A stretch of DNA of 64,000 nucleotides, from the IMG/VR virus record IMGVR_UViG_3300032288_004964, positions 321,334-385,333 of that record; one strand, given 5' to 3'. The notes under the pieces are model-generated. The model worked only from the letters and a program-made list of their open reading frames with translations, was not told where the DNA came from and did no database searches. The position numbers were made by a program, and so were the translations under genes. The stretch's first letter is position 1; the number at the start of each line of letters is the position of its first letter. This document shows, one piece after another, positions 9,290-19,185 of the stretch.

Positions 9290-10630
9290 ATGAAACTATT
9301 TAGATATAAAGAATTTATAAAAGAAGGGTTAGAAGTTAAAAATTCAATTCCTACTTATGAACAAGCATTAGAATTATGTTCTATTGAAGAATCTCCATTT
9401 TATGAATCAAAAATGGAAGTAGATGAATATAATGTATCTGTTTTTAATTATAGACTTGCTCAATACAAAGACTTTTCAAATCCTATTCCTGAAAAGCCAG
9501 AATTAAAAGGATTTGAAATGAGAGGTTTAACTTTTATATTTAATAAAGATGGTTCTTTATTTAAAAGATATGTGTTGCTTGAAAAGTTTTTTAATTTAAA
9601 TCAAGTACCAGACTCTTTATACTCTGTTGTTAAAAACTACAAAATTAAGTTTGTTAATAATAAAGAAGATGGTTCAATTGCTTCTTTTGTTAAACTACCA
9701 AATGGTAAAGTTGTTGGTAAATCCAAAATGGGATTTGATAATGACCAAGCTAATGGTATAAATAGAATTTACAAAACTAATTCAGATATTAAAAAATTTG
9801 TTGATTGGGCTTTAGATAATGATATAGTCCCAGTATTCGAATATGTTGCTCCAAACAACCGTATTGTTCTAAGATATCCAGGTGAAGAATTAATCTTATT
9901 AAGATTAAGAGATAATAAAACAGGTAAGCATATTGATATTAGAGACCACTTGGATAAAGTTGGTAATATTAGAATTGCTCCTTTTGAAGATGAAATTAAA
10001 GATTTAGATACATTAATTGAATTAAACGCTACTCAAGTTGATAAAGAAGGTTCTATTGTTACTTGTGAAGATGAGAATGGTCATGACTTTTTCTTTAAGT
10101 TAAAAACACCTTGGTACTGTGAAAGACATGGTTTATTAACAAATGATATTTATAGAGAACATATTATTATTAATTATATCTTAGATGATAAGATAGATGA
10201 TATATTAGGTCAAATACCAGAAGAAGAAGTTGAGGCTCATCAAAGAATTAATAAGATTATTTCTATTGTCAAAAAAGCAATTTCTGACAAAGTGTCTGAA
10301 ATTGAAAAATCTTATGATGATTTTATTAAATCAGGTATTTCTAAAAAAGATTATGCTATAAAAAATAGAGTTGGTAACACTAACTTTGGTTTTGTTATGA
10401 ATATGGTTAAAGCAAATGATTTAAGAAAGATGTCTAAAGAAGAAATATTAGATATCTATGATAATATGGAAGAATATGAAAAGGCATTACAAAGATGTCA
10501 ACCATATGAAATGGCTAAAGAATGGATTAAAGATTTAACTAAGAGATTAAACCTTTCTAGAGAATGGCTAAAGAAAAAAGATCCAACTCTTTTCTTTCAA
10601 GAACCAGAAGAAAGTGATGATGATAATTAA
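9290..10630 (+). CDS. T4 Rnl1/RnlA-family RNA ligase with N-terminal tag (start revised from 9236)
   Basis: EMRGLTF, LEKFFNLN, KEDGS (motif I), FEYVAPNNRIVLRY, EGSIV, FKLKTPWY; starts MKLFRYKEFIKE. Confidence 0.9.
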   Translation: MKLFRYKEFIKEGLEVKNSIPTYEQALELCSIEESPFYESKMEVDEYNVSVFNYRLAQYKDFSNPIPEKPELKGFEMRGLTFIFNKDGSLFKRYVLLEKFFNLNQVPDSLYSVVKNYKIKFVNNKEDGSIASFVKLPNGKVVGKSKMGFDNDQANGINRIYKTNSDIKKFVDWALDNDIVPVFEYVAPNNRIVLRYPGEELILLRLRDNKTGKHIDIRDHLDKVGNIRIAPFEDEIKDLDTLIELNATQVDKEGSIVTCEDENGHDFFFKLKTPWYCERHGLLTNDIYREHIIINYILDDKIDDILGQIPEEEVEAHQRINKIISIVKKAISDKVSEIEKSYDDFIKSGISKKDYAIKNRVGNTNFGFVMNMVKANDLRKMSKEEILDIYDNMEEYEKALQRCQPYEMAKEWIKDLTKRLNLSREWLKKKDPTLFFQEPEESDDDN

Positions 10631-10656
10631 TATATAATAAAAAAATAATAAAATTT

Positions 10657-10875
10657 ATGGCATCACCGTATACAATAAATCAAACTGACCAAGGAGTTAC
10701 AATAACTGAATCTACTTCAAAGACTATAAAAGTTGGTAGTTTGACATTGGATGTAGCTAGATTAAATAAAGAAAAAACATTACTTCAGCAAAAAATAAAT
10801 GATATTGATGCTGAAATCTTATTAAAGCAATCAGCAATTGATGAATATAATGCTGCAATAAATCCAAAAAAGTAA
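10657..10875 (+). CDS. small coiled-coil protein
   Basis: 72-aa ORF; TAATATATAA upstream. Confidence 0.65.
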   Translation: MASPYTINQTDQGVTITESTSKTIKVGSLTLDVARLNKEKTLLQQKINDIDAEILLKQSAIDEYNAAINPKK

Positions 10876-10886
10876 CAAAAATAATT

Positions 10887-10912
10887 AAAAGAGAGTTTTT
10901 AACTCTCTTTTT
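10887..10912 (+). terminator. intrinsic terminator
   Basis: aaaagagagtt-ttt-aactctctttt. Confidence 0.75.
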
Positions 10913-10924
10913 TATATATAGTAT

Positions 10925-11335
10925 ATGAAACATCTAAAGAGATATAAAATATTTGAAAATGCTACTAGCATAATTGATAATGTAAATGATATGTTATTTG
11001 AACTTAATGATGAAGGATTTAAGTGTAGAGTATCTGAGGGGCTAACACCAGATTTATTACCACCAGTTATTATTAATAATGTTCCAATGGGTTATAAATT
11101 AGTTAAAACTCATGATGTAATACTTGTAAATTTTTCTCAAGACAAACCGGGCTTTGATTTTGATGATATTAAAGAAGTATATTGGAGAATAAAATCATAT
11201 CTTGAAGATAATGGATATATTGAAGATGGTGATAGTCTCCAAGATAGACTCAAAGATAAAGAAGAAGAAAATAAAAAAATCATGGGTGCCGGTAAACTAC
11301 TATCAGTTGTAAGCTCATTTACAAAACCTATATAA
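10925..11335 (+). CDS. putative internal virion protein (N-terminal tag, ELxDEGF module)
   Basis: MKHLKRYKIFEN; DMLFELNDEGFK; TTATATATAG 3 nt before ATG. Confidence 0.7.
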   Translation: MKHLKRYKIFENATSIIDNVNDMLFELNDEGFKCRVSEGLTPDLLPPVIINNVPMGYKLVKTHDVILVNFSQDKPGFDFDDIKEVYWRIKSYLEDNGYIEDGDSLQDRLKDKEEENKKIMGAGKLLSVVSSFTKPI

Positions 11336-11336
11336 G

Positions 11337-11480
11337 ATGAAAAAGAAGAAAAGAAGAATTAAGAGATTTACAGAATTCACTAAAATAAGTGATAAGCCTT
11401 ATTCATTTGTTCCTTTAACAAATAGTCAAAGTCCTGCTCCCGCTTCAAATATTAATATTAAAGTTACTCAACTTTCTTAA
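11337..11480 (+). CDS. 47-aa peptide with N-terminal tag-like motif (not in ORF track)
   Basis: MKKKKRRIKRFTEFTKISDKPYSFVPLTNSQSPAPASNINIKVTQLS. Confidence 0.5.
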   Translation: MKKKKRRIKRFTEFTKISDKPYSFVPLTNSQSPAPASNINIKVTQLS

Positions 11481-11532
11481 TTTACATTATACAATGTTTA
11501 TGTTTAACAAAAACTTTTAAGTGTCAAAAAAC

Positions 11533-11553
11533 TTTGGCACGGTTTTTGATATA
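11533..11553 (+). promoter_or_regulatory. sigma54-like -24/-12 box upstream of dnaK
   Basis: TTGGCACGGTTTTTGATATAA (TGGCACG, GG-N10-GA). Confidence 0.6.
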
Positions 11554-11579
11554 ATAAAAACTAAAAACAAAATTTATAT

Positions 11580-13469
11580 ATGGCAAAAGATGTAATTATT
11601 GGAATTGACTTAGGAACTACTAACTCATGTGTGGCAGTAGTTGAAGGTGGTGAACCAATTGTAATCACCAACTCAGAAGGTAAAAGAACAACTCCATCAG
11701 TTGTTGGGTTTACTGAAAATGACAGAAAGATTGGAGACCCTGCTAAGCGTCAGGCGGTAACTAATCCAACAAAAACTGTTTATTCTATCAAAAGATTTAT
11801 CGGGAAAGATTTCTCAAACTGTACTGATGAGGTAACAAGAGTACCTTATCAAGTTGTTAAATCTGGTAGTAATGTACCAGGTGTTAAGATTGATGATAGA
11901 ACTTATACACCTCAAGAAATTTCAGCTATGATTCTTCAAAAGATGAAGAAAACTGCTGAAGATTATTTAGGTTATGAAGTAAAAAGAGCTGTTATTACAG
12001 TTCCTGCTTACTTCGGTGACGCTGAAAGAACTGCAACTATTGAAGCTGGTGAAATCGCTGGTTTGAAAGTTGAGCGTATTATCAATGAACCAACTGCTGC
12101 GGCGTTAGCTTATGGTTTAGATAAGAAAAGTTCAGATTCTAAGATTTTAGTATTTGACTGTGGTGGTGGTACACATGACGTATCAGTTCTTGAAATCGGT
12201 GATGGAGTTTTTGAAGTTAAATCTACTGATGGTGATACTCACTTAGGTGGTGATGACTTTGATAATGAAATCATTAACTGGATGGTAGAAGAATTCAAAT
12301 CAGAACATGGTATGGATTTATCTAAAGATCCAATGGGTCTACAGCGTCTTAAGGATGCTGCAGAAAAGGCTAAGATTGAACTTTCATCAACTTCTCAGAG
12401 TGAAATCAATCTTCCTTATATCACAGCTAAAGATGGAATGCCTTTACACTTTGTTAAAACCCTAACAAAAGCTAAATTTGAACAAATGACCTCTAAACTT
12501 GTTGATAGAGCTATCGCTTGTGCTAAATCTGCTTTGAAGAGTGCTAAGTTAAAACCATCTGATATTGATGAAGTTATTCTTGTTGGTGGTTCTACAAGAA
12601 TTCCGGCGATTCAAGAAGCTGTTGAAAAATACATTGGTAAGAAACCAAACAAATCAGTTAACCCGGATGAAGTTGTTGCCTTAGGTGCGGCTATTCAAGG
12701 AGCTGTTTTAACTGGTGGTATTACTGATGTTCTCCTTTTAGATGTTACTCCTCTTTCATTAGGTATTGAAACTATGGGTGGTGTAATGACAAGATTGATT
12801 GAGTCTAATACAACTATTCCGACCCGTAAGTCAGAAACATTCTCAACTGCATCAGACAATCAACCATCTGTAGAAATTCATGTTCTACAAGGTGAAAGAC
12901 CGATGGCTAGAGATAACCGTTCTCTTGGTAGATTCCATTTAGATGGTATCATGCCAGCTCCAAGAGGAGTACCTCAAGTAGAAGTAACTTTAGATATTGA
13001 TGCTAATGGTATCTTATCTGTATCTGCTAAAGATAAAGCTACTGGTAAAGAAAACAAAATCCGTATTGAAGGAGGTTCTCAATTATCTAAAGAAGAAATT
13101 GAGAAAATGAAAATGGAAGCTGAAGCTAATGCTGAATCTGACCGTCTTGAAAAAGAAAAGGTGGATAAAGTTAATATGGCTGATAACTTAATCTTCCAAA
13201 CTGAAAAACAAATCAAAGAATTCTCTGATAAGTTAACAGAAGAAGATAAATCAAAGCTTAATGCTGATTTAGAAGAAGTTAGAAAAGCTCACTCTGATAA
13301 AGATGTTGAGAAGATTGATGAATCAACTAAGAAGTTAAATGAGACTTGGTCTCAAATTTCTACAAGATTGTATCAACAATCACAAGAAGCTCCACAAGAA
13401 CCACAATCTAATAGCACCGACACTGGTAATGGCGATGTTGAAGATGTAAACTTTGAAGAAGTTAAGTAA
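11580..13469 (+). CDS. dnaK: DnaK (Hsp70)
   Basis: [63 protein letters not shown]. Confidence 0.98.
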   Translation: MAKDVIIGIDLGTTNSCVAVVEGGEPIVITNSEGKRTTPSVVGFTENDRKIGDPAKRQAVTNPTKTVYSIKRFIGKDFSNCTDEVTRVPYQVVKSGSNVPGVKIDDRTYTPQEISAMILQKMKKTAEDYLGYEVKRAVITVPAYFGDAERTATIEAGEIAGLKVERIINEPTAAALAYGLDKKSSDSKILVFDCGGGTHDVSVLEIGDGVFEVKSTDGDTHLGGDDFDNEIINWMVEEFKSEHGMDLSKDPMGLQRLKDAAEKAKIELSSTSQSEINLPYITAKDGMPLHFVKTLTKAKFEQMTSKLVDRAIACAKSALKSAKLKPSDIDEVILVGGSTRIPAIQEAVEKYIGKKPNKSVNPDEVVALGAAIQGAVLTGGITDVLLLDVTPLSLGIETMGGVMTRLIESNTTIPTRKSETFSTASDNQPSVEIHVLQGERPMARDNRSLGRFHLDGIMPAPRGVPQVEVTLDIDANGILSVSAKDKATGKENKIRIEGGSQLSKEEIEKMKMEAEANAESDRLEKEKVDKVNMADNLIFQTEKQIKEFSDKLTEEDKSKLNADLEEVRKAHSDKDVEKIDESTKKLNETWSQISTRLYQQSQEAPQEPQSNSTDTGNGDVEDVNFEEVK

Positions 13470-13481
13470 TTCAAAGTAATT

Positions 13482-13510
13482 AAAAAACCCAGTCAATGAC
13501 TGGGTTTTTT
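13482..13510. terminator. bidirectional intrinsic terminator
   Basis: aaaaaacccagtc-aat-gactgggtttttt between convergent genes. Confidence 0.85.
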
Positions 13511-13513
13511 ATT

Positions 13514-14747
13514 TTACATACTATCATATCCACCACCGGTGTCTCTTAACATCCTATCACCAACTTCTCTGTTAGTAAGAGTATCGCTATCCGTATCTAA
13601 GTAACACATAGTATCACAATAAGGATAATGATCCCAACTACCATCTTTTAATTGAACTATTATTTTAGGACTACTTAATAATTCTGAACCATTTGTAATT
13701 GTTTCACTTGGTTCCATAGATTGTGATTTCTTATACCACCAACCATTCTTTTCAGCAAATTGTTTAAATAAATCAACATCAGAATCAAATCTTGTGTAAA
13801 CTATCCATAAATTTACCTGCTTTACCATTAATAGTAGCATCCCAAAGAATTGCTCTACCTTTTATCTTATCAGATGTATATTTCTCACCGTCAATTTTTC
13901 CATCATCAGAATATAAAATTACTAATGAAACTTGTGGGTTATAACAATAGATATCAAAATATTCTGATGTTTCTACATCAGCCATACAAGAGTTGTTTAA
14001 TGTCCCACCACCTTTAACATAATTATCAATTTCATACCAATAAGCAATTTTCTTACCTTGAATAATATCAAATTGTTTAAGAGCGTCTTTAGCAAAATCA
14101 TAAGTTGCTTTATAAGTATTTGTAAAATCTTCAATGTCTTTATCAGTAAATGTTACTTTAGCTTTTGTTAGAATAGCTCTAACTAATCTACCTATTTTAA
14201 TTGGGTTTCTTGATGTTGACCATATCTTAAAATCTTCAGTATCAGCTTCTTCAACTGCTACTTTATTAATAACACCAATTCTTGGATTAGTTGTTCCATA
14301 TTCTTGGAACATAATATAGATATTACCGGATTGTCTACTAACTGTTTCTGCTAAAATAGTTCCAATAGTCCCTGTTTCAGGTGCCCAACATCCGTATTTT
14401 TCTTTATCATATCCAAGCCTTTCAAATATTTTATCATTTCTACTACTAGTTGTTAAATATTTACCTGACTCGGTAACTTCCCAAGTTTGTGGTTTATCCT
14501 TTGTTAGTTCTTGAACTTTTCTATCAGGAGTAAAACTAACTGAATCTTTCTCATCTGTTATATCAATGTAGTTTTGAACAATTCCATCAACATCTTTTGA
14601 ATAAAGATCAAGTAACTCACTAGCCAATTTATTAGACTTCATTCTAGTTAAAAGGTTAATAAATTTTTTTGAATAAACTACCTTAGATTCTAAAAGAAGA
14701 TCATAAACTACTTTTTCAGAAAGGTATTGGTTATATTTTAATATCAT
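13514..14747 (-). pseudogene. single phage gene split by a frameshift near 13800 (ORFs 13785-14747 and 13514-13840)
   Basis: ...GKFMD then, in another frame, VYTRFDSDVDLFKQ; restoring 2 nt (gatagtt to gatagagtt) gives FMDRVYT; N-terminal tag MILKYNQYLSE. Confidence 0.7.
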
Positions 14748-14836
14748 AATTAAATTTATTTTATTAAGGTATATATTAAATTCACAAAATTCAAATATTA
14801 GTTTTTAATCTAATATATTTTATTAATATATAAATT

Positions 14837-15097
14837 ATGAAAAAAATTCTTATACGTGTTATGAAAAATAAAATAGTTCAATTAATTAAAATACTTGGTG
14901 TAGGAATAAATGAATTGGTTATGGAAATCAATTTAGACTGTGGTTCTTTTGAATCTATTGAGTGGAATAAAGATGAAGATAAGATATATTTACACATCTT
15001 TGAAGATGATGATGTGGATATCACATTTGACTTTGATGAGTTATCAGAGGAAGACCAATTAAAACTTTATCAAATATTAGCAATTTTTTATAATTAA
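14837..15097 (+). CDS. acidic hypothetical protein
   Basis: TAATATATAA 3 nt before ATG; D/E-rich C-half. Confidence 0.65.
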   Translation: MKKILIRVMKNKIVQLIKILGVGINELVMEINLDCGSFESIEWNKDEDKIYLHIFEDDDVDITFDFDELSEEDQLKLYQILAIFYN

Positions 15098-16173
15098 AGA
15101 TTATTAATCATTTGAATCATTTCCTTTTGAGGAAATAAATTATTATTTAACCCATCTAATTGTATAGACCATCTTCTTTTCAAGTAAGTAATTAACTTTC
15201 TTAAACTGTCTATTTGTTCATCTGTATATTTCTCCCAGAATTTAGATCCTTCAAATTCGTTATCTAATTCAATAACTTCATCTTTAGATATTAATTGATG
15301 TGATTGATTATAATAGTTTCCATCTTCTCCAATTACTAATGGTCCAGAATTACAAACTTGAATAGAAATAGTTTTTGAGTTTAATTCAATATCTTTGTTA
15401 TTAAAACAATAAGCCCAATATCTATCATCAAAAGCTTTTAATATAATACCATTACAATCAACCTCAATATCAAAAGATTTTCTACCTATCACAAAGTGAT
15501 TAGCTTCTTTCAGACCGGTATTAAAGTTTTTAATAACTAAATCAGGTCTTGGTCCACTATTTGTATTGTGTAAGTAAATAGATTCTTTTCTTGTTTCTTC
15601 TTTATTATAAGACTCATCTGATAAAATATAATCATATATTCTAAAGTTATCTTCACCAATATAAGATGGTATTCTAAATATTTTATCAATAGATTCTTTT
15701 TTTAGTCTTGCTTCTTCTTCTAATTGTTGAGCTATTCTTCTTTCCTCGAGAATTTTATTATTTATTTCTTCAGCTTTTAATCTTTTTTGTTCTAATAAAA
15801 GTCTTTTTCTTTCTTCTACTATTTTATTTTTTTCAAGTATCTTGGCTAAGTATTCTTTTTTTCTTTCCTCAATAATATTAGCTTTCTCTTGTTCAATTAA
15901 ACTAAGCTCTTCTTGTTCTTTTTTAATTCTTTCTTTTTCGGATTCTTTTACTTTATTATTATAAAATACAATCTTCATCCAAGTCTTTGAATCAATAGTT
16001 CCATTAACATCAAGTCCTATCTCTTGTTGGAATTTATTAACAGCATCTAATGTTGTTTGACCAAAAGAACCAGTAATTCTATCTGTAAAAAATCCAGACT
16101 CTTTTAAGTTTACTTGAATAAAACTAACATCAGTTCCTTTCATATTGGGTGATAATACTCTTTTAAATTCCAT
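15094..16173 (-). CDS. peptidoglycan-binding domain + coiled coil + Amidase_2-like domain
   Basis: DVSFIQVNL...G.FGQTTLDAVNKFQ...GL.V.G.ID..TW; IYLHNT, HFVIG, SIQVCN, YTDEQIDSL. Confidence 0.75.
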   Translation of the reverse strand: MEFKRVLSPNMKGTDVSFIQVNLKESGFFTDRITGSFGQTTLDAVNKFQQEIGLDVNGTIDSKTWMKIVFYNNKVKESEKERIKKEQEELSLIEQEKANIIEERKKEYLAKILEKNKIVEERKRLLLEQKRLKAEEINNKILEERRIAQQLEEEARLKKESIDKIFRIPSYIGEDNFRIYDYILSDESYNKEETRKESIYLHNTNSGPRPDLVIKNFNTGLKEANHFVIGRKSFDIEVDCNGIILKAFDDRYWAYCFNNKDIELNSKTISIQVCNSGPLVIGEDGNYYNQSHQLISKDEVIELDNEFEGSKFWEKYTDEQIDSLRKLITYLKRRWSIQLDGLNNNLFPQKEMIQMINNL

Positions 16174-16690
16174 CTTTATTTTCTTTATTTATTGCATATC
16201 TCATAGAATTCTGCTTATCTAAATAAGCTTTTATATCAGCATATGTTACTTGTCCTGGGTTATTAGTAAGCTTATCAGCATTACCAACTGGTTTAGGCTC
16301 AGCCTTTTTAATTTCAGCTTCTTTTAATCTCTCTGAGTATTCTGTTTCTATCTTCTTAATAATGTGACCAATAAAAAAATCAACTCCTTTTTCTTCAATC
16401 ATCTTTTTATCAAAGTCAAAAACAAATTCTTCTTCATTGTAATAAACAGCCATAACATCTTCTTTGATATAATGGTCTAAATAGAATTTAATATCACCAA
16501 TATTACCTTGTCCAAAAATAGTTGTTTTGTAAGAAGTGTTGTAGAAGTTGGCAAAACTATCTTTATCATTTAATATTCTATTGCCATTTTTATCAACGGT
16601 ATTTACTATACCAAGATTAATCTTGAAATATCTAGATCTTCTCTTGAATTCGTTAATAATTTTAAAATTTGTTACAATGTTATAAGCCAT
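16163..16690 (-). CDS. hypothetical protein
   Basis: 175-aa ORF. Confidence 0.75.
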   Translation of the reverse strand: MAYNIVTNFKIINEFKRRSRYFKINLGIVNTVDKNGNRILNDKDSFANFYNTSYKTTIFGQGNIGDIKFYLDHYIKEDVMAVYYNEEEFVFDFDKKMIEEKGVDFFIGHIIKKIETEYSERLKEAEIKKAEPKPVGNADKLTNNPGQVTYADIKAYLDKQNSMRYAINKENKDGI

Positions 16691-16720
16691 AAACTATTTA
16701 TTAAAAAAATAGTTCTTCAT

Positions 16721-17275
16721 TTAGGTTTCTATTTCAAATTCTTCATTATCTTCACCAAGCTCATCATCTAATTCAATTTTTAGATTAACTAAAAACTCTT
16801 CATTGATATCCTTAATATCAACAGTTTTTCTGATTGGTGGTCCAATGATTTCAACTTTGTCTAAATCATACTTTTTGAACTTTATTGTACATTTTTCAAT
16901 GTCCTTAAATGAAAAATCAACATTTGGATCTTTAGGCATTCCATCTTTAATATCAATTGTAAATATCAAACAATAAGCTGCCATGTCATCTGTAAACCAA
17001 ACTGTATAAGAATCATACATTCTAGAGTATTTAGAAATTTCAGAACTTTCTAATCTAACTCCTAAGTCTCTAAAGCTTACTTTATTTTCTTTAGATTCTT
17101 CTTTAGCTTGTTTAATAGACTTTGGTTTAGATTCTTTTGACTCTTCACTCTCTGGTTGATCTTCAAACATCTTATCAATCTTTCTCTTAATAAAACCTAA
17201 GGCATCTGATATGTATTCTTCAGGAGTGTCATTCAATTCTTCATTGATAAAATCTATAAACTTTCTAATTTTCAT
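16721..17275 (-). CDS. putative internal virion protein (N-terminal tag)
   Basis: MKIRKFIDFINEE; TAATATATAC 3 nt before ATG. Confidence 0.7.
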   Translation of the reverse strand: MKIRKFIDFINEELNDTPEEYISDALGFIKRKIDKMFEDQPESEESKESKPKSIKQAKEESKENKVSFRDLGVRLESSEISKYSRMYDSYTVWFTDDMAAYCLIFTIDIKDGMPKDPNVDFSFKDIEKCTIKFKKYDLDKVEIIGPPIRKTVDIKDINEEFLVNLKIELDDELGEDNEEFEIET

Positions 17276-17328
17276 ATTGTATATATTAAATAATTATTCT
17301 TATTTATTAATTTGTTGTTAATTTTTAG

Positions 17329-17336
17329 TATATTTG
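17329..17336 (+). promoter_or_regulatory. Bacteroidota -7 element
   Basis: TATATTTG-tagt-ATG(17341). Confidence 0.8.
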
Positions 17337-17340
17337 TAGT

Positions 17341-18267
17341 ATGGGTAATATAGGATATTGTTGTATTAATATCTCTCTAAATGAGGGTAAGAGTAAGAAA
17401 GAACAAATAACTGTCAATAGAGGAATGACTAAGAAAACATTTGAGACCAAAGGTCTTGGATATGTATCTGAATTAGCAGTACAGAATATTAATGATCTTG
17501 AGAAAATACTTCAATGGAATTTTAGAAACAATATTCTTGTTTATAGAATGTCAAGTGACATGTTCCCATGTATTGGCTTCTATAAATTGGAAGATTTGCC
17601 AAACTTTAAGCTTATATCTAATAAATTAAAATTAATAGGCGATTACTCAAAATCCAAAGGAATGAGACTTTCCTTTCACCCAACTCACTTCTGTATTCCA
17701 GCTAGTGAAAACCCAATTGTTGTAAAAAATGCTATTGATGAATTAGATAAACATGCTCAAATAATGGATATAATGGGGTTAGACCAGACACATTATTACC
17801 CAATTAATATACATGTTAACACAACTAAACCAACAAGAGAAGAAGCCGCTGAGAGATTTTGCCTTCAATTTTATAATCTAAGTGAATCTTGTCAAAAAAG
17901 ATTAGTAGTTGAAAATGATGATGGTCCAAATCAATATTCAACTAAAATTTTATATGATTTGATTTATAAAAAAATAGGAATTCCGATTACACATGATTTT
18001 CACCATCATAATTACGGACCTCAGGATATCTCACAAGAAGAAGCAATTAGACTTGCTTGTTCTACCTGGGGTGATATAACACCAATGACTCATATGAGTT
18101 CACCAAAAACATTAGAAGATAACTCAGGAAAACAAACAGCACATGCAGATTACATTTATGAGGAAATTAAAACATTTGGTCTTGACTTTGATACAGAGAT
18201 TGAGGCGAAAGCTAAAGACCTCGCAGTTATTAGATACAGAAATCAATTTAAAGTTCTTAAAGGGTGA
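17341..18267 (+). CDS. uvsE: UV-damage endonuclease (UvsE/UvdE)
   Basis: GYCCIN, YRMSSDMFP, RLSFHP, INIH, LVVEND, DFHHH, HADY, EAKAKDLA. Confidence 0.93.
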   Translation: MGNIGYCCINISLNEGKSKKEQITVNRGMTKKTFETKGLGYVSELAVQNINDLEKILQWNFRNNILVYRMSSDMFPCIGFYKLEDLPNFKLISNKLKLIGDYSKSKGMRLSFHPTHFCIPASENPIVVKNAIDELDKHAQIMDIMGLDQTHYYPINIHVNTTKPTREEAAERFCLQFYNLSESCQKRLVVENDDGPNQYSTKILYDLIYKKIGIPITHDFHHHNYGPQDISQEEAIRLACSTWGDITPMTHMSSPKTLEDNSGKQTAHADYIYEEIKTFGLDFDTEIEAKAKDLAVIRYRNQFKVLKG

Positions 18268-18493
18268 TCATGTCTTAATAAGACACTATACACATAAAAG
18301 AATAGAAGGTAAGATTGTTAAGATAACTTATAGTAAATGTAAATCTAATTCTAAATATTTTATACTATATAGGGTTGAATTTATAAGTGGTCCACAAGAT
18401 GAAATTATTAAGTATGACTTTTCTGACTTTGAATTAGAACATATAGATAAAGATAAAGAAAGAGATTGGAAATTAAATCAAATATTGAAATAA
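18143..18493 (+). CDS. hypothetical protein with C-terminal tail motif; true start uncertain
   Basis: KFLKGDHVLI beta-start pattern; ends ERDWKLNQILK; overlaps the uvsE 3' end. Confidence 0.6.
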   Translation: MQITFMRKLKHLVLTLIQRLRRKLKTSQLLDTEINLKFLKGDHVLIRHYTHKRIEGKIVKITYSKCKSNSKYFILYRVEFISGPQDEIIKYDFSDFELEHIDKDKERDWKLNQILK

Positions 18494-18498
18494 ATTGA

Positions 18499-19140
18499 TT
18501 ACTGTTTAAGCACACTTAGACCTGGATTTTCTCTCAGAGCATTCTCTACAGCATTGTCTACACTATTCTGGTCGCGATGTATTACTATATCATATTGTGA
18601 GCTTACAAGTTTCTTGGTATCTTCTATAACACTTGATACATTTGTAGCGGGTTCAGAAGATGTGACTTCATCCTTTCCTGAATATTCTTTAGTAGTCCAT
18701 CCTTTTCCATCTGCCTTACTCACTAAAATCTTATCTGGTATATTATCATAATCATGTTTTGTAATATGTAGGACGCCTTTGTATTTTAAATCCAACTGAT
18801 TTCCGTACATCTTATCTTCATCATATAAAGCAGTTCCCGATACTGGTCTTCCATCTTTTCCCTTTCTAGGACACGCCGCATAGAATGCGTTTGGTCTGTG
18901 TGGTGTAGCAAAAGCTATTCCTTTCTCGATATCATATATCTCATGTCCTTCAGGGGTAGAGTCTCCGACATTTTGACCTGGTCTAAGTGGGGATGTACCT
19001 TGGATCTTACCACCCGTTCCTATAAGTGAGTAGTCACTTCTCTTCCATAAGTCGCCTTTCCTATCTATAGGATCTATTCTATATACATAATTGGGATAGT
19101 TGATACTCTCAAATATTCTGAATGATTTTATATGTTTCAT
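18499..19140 (-). CDS. putative internal virion protein, possible ADP-ribosyltransferase fold
   Basis: MKHIKSFRIFES; YVYRID, IAFATP, KDEVTS; TAATATATAC 4 nt before ATG. Confidence 0.55.
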   Translation of the reverse strand: MKHIKSFRIFESINYPNYVYRIDPIDRKGDLWKRSDYSLIGTGGKIQGTSPLRPGQNVGDSTPEGHEIYDIEKGIAFATPHRPNAFYAACPRKGKDGRPVSGTALYDEDKMYGNQLDLKYKGVLHITKHDYDNIPDKILVSKADGKGWTTKEYSGKDEVTSSEPATNVSSVIEDTKKLVSSQYDIVIHRDQNSVDNAVENALRENPGLSVLKQ

Positions 19141-19185
19141 ATTAGTATATATTAAAAATATAAATTAAAACTTAATATATACTTT

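Noticed and set aside
18246-18252. TTTAAAG slippery heptamer fusing uvsE to the next ORF
   Set aside because: The heptamer phase would shift from the downstream frame into the uvsE frame, the wrong direction for a -1 fusion
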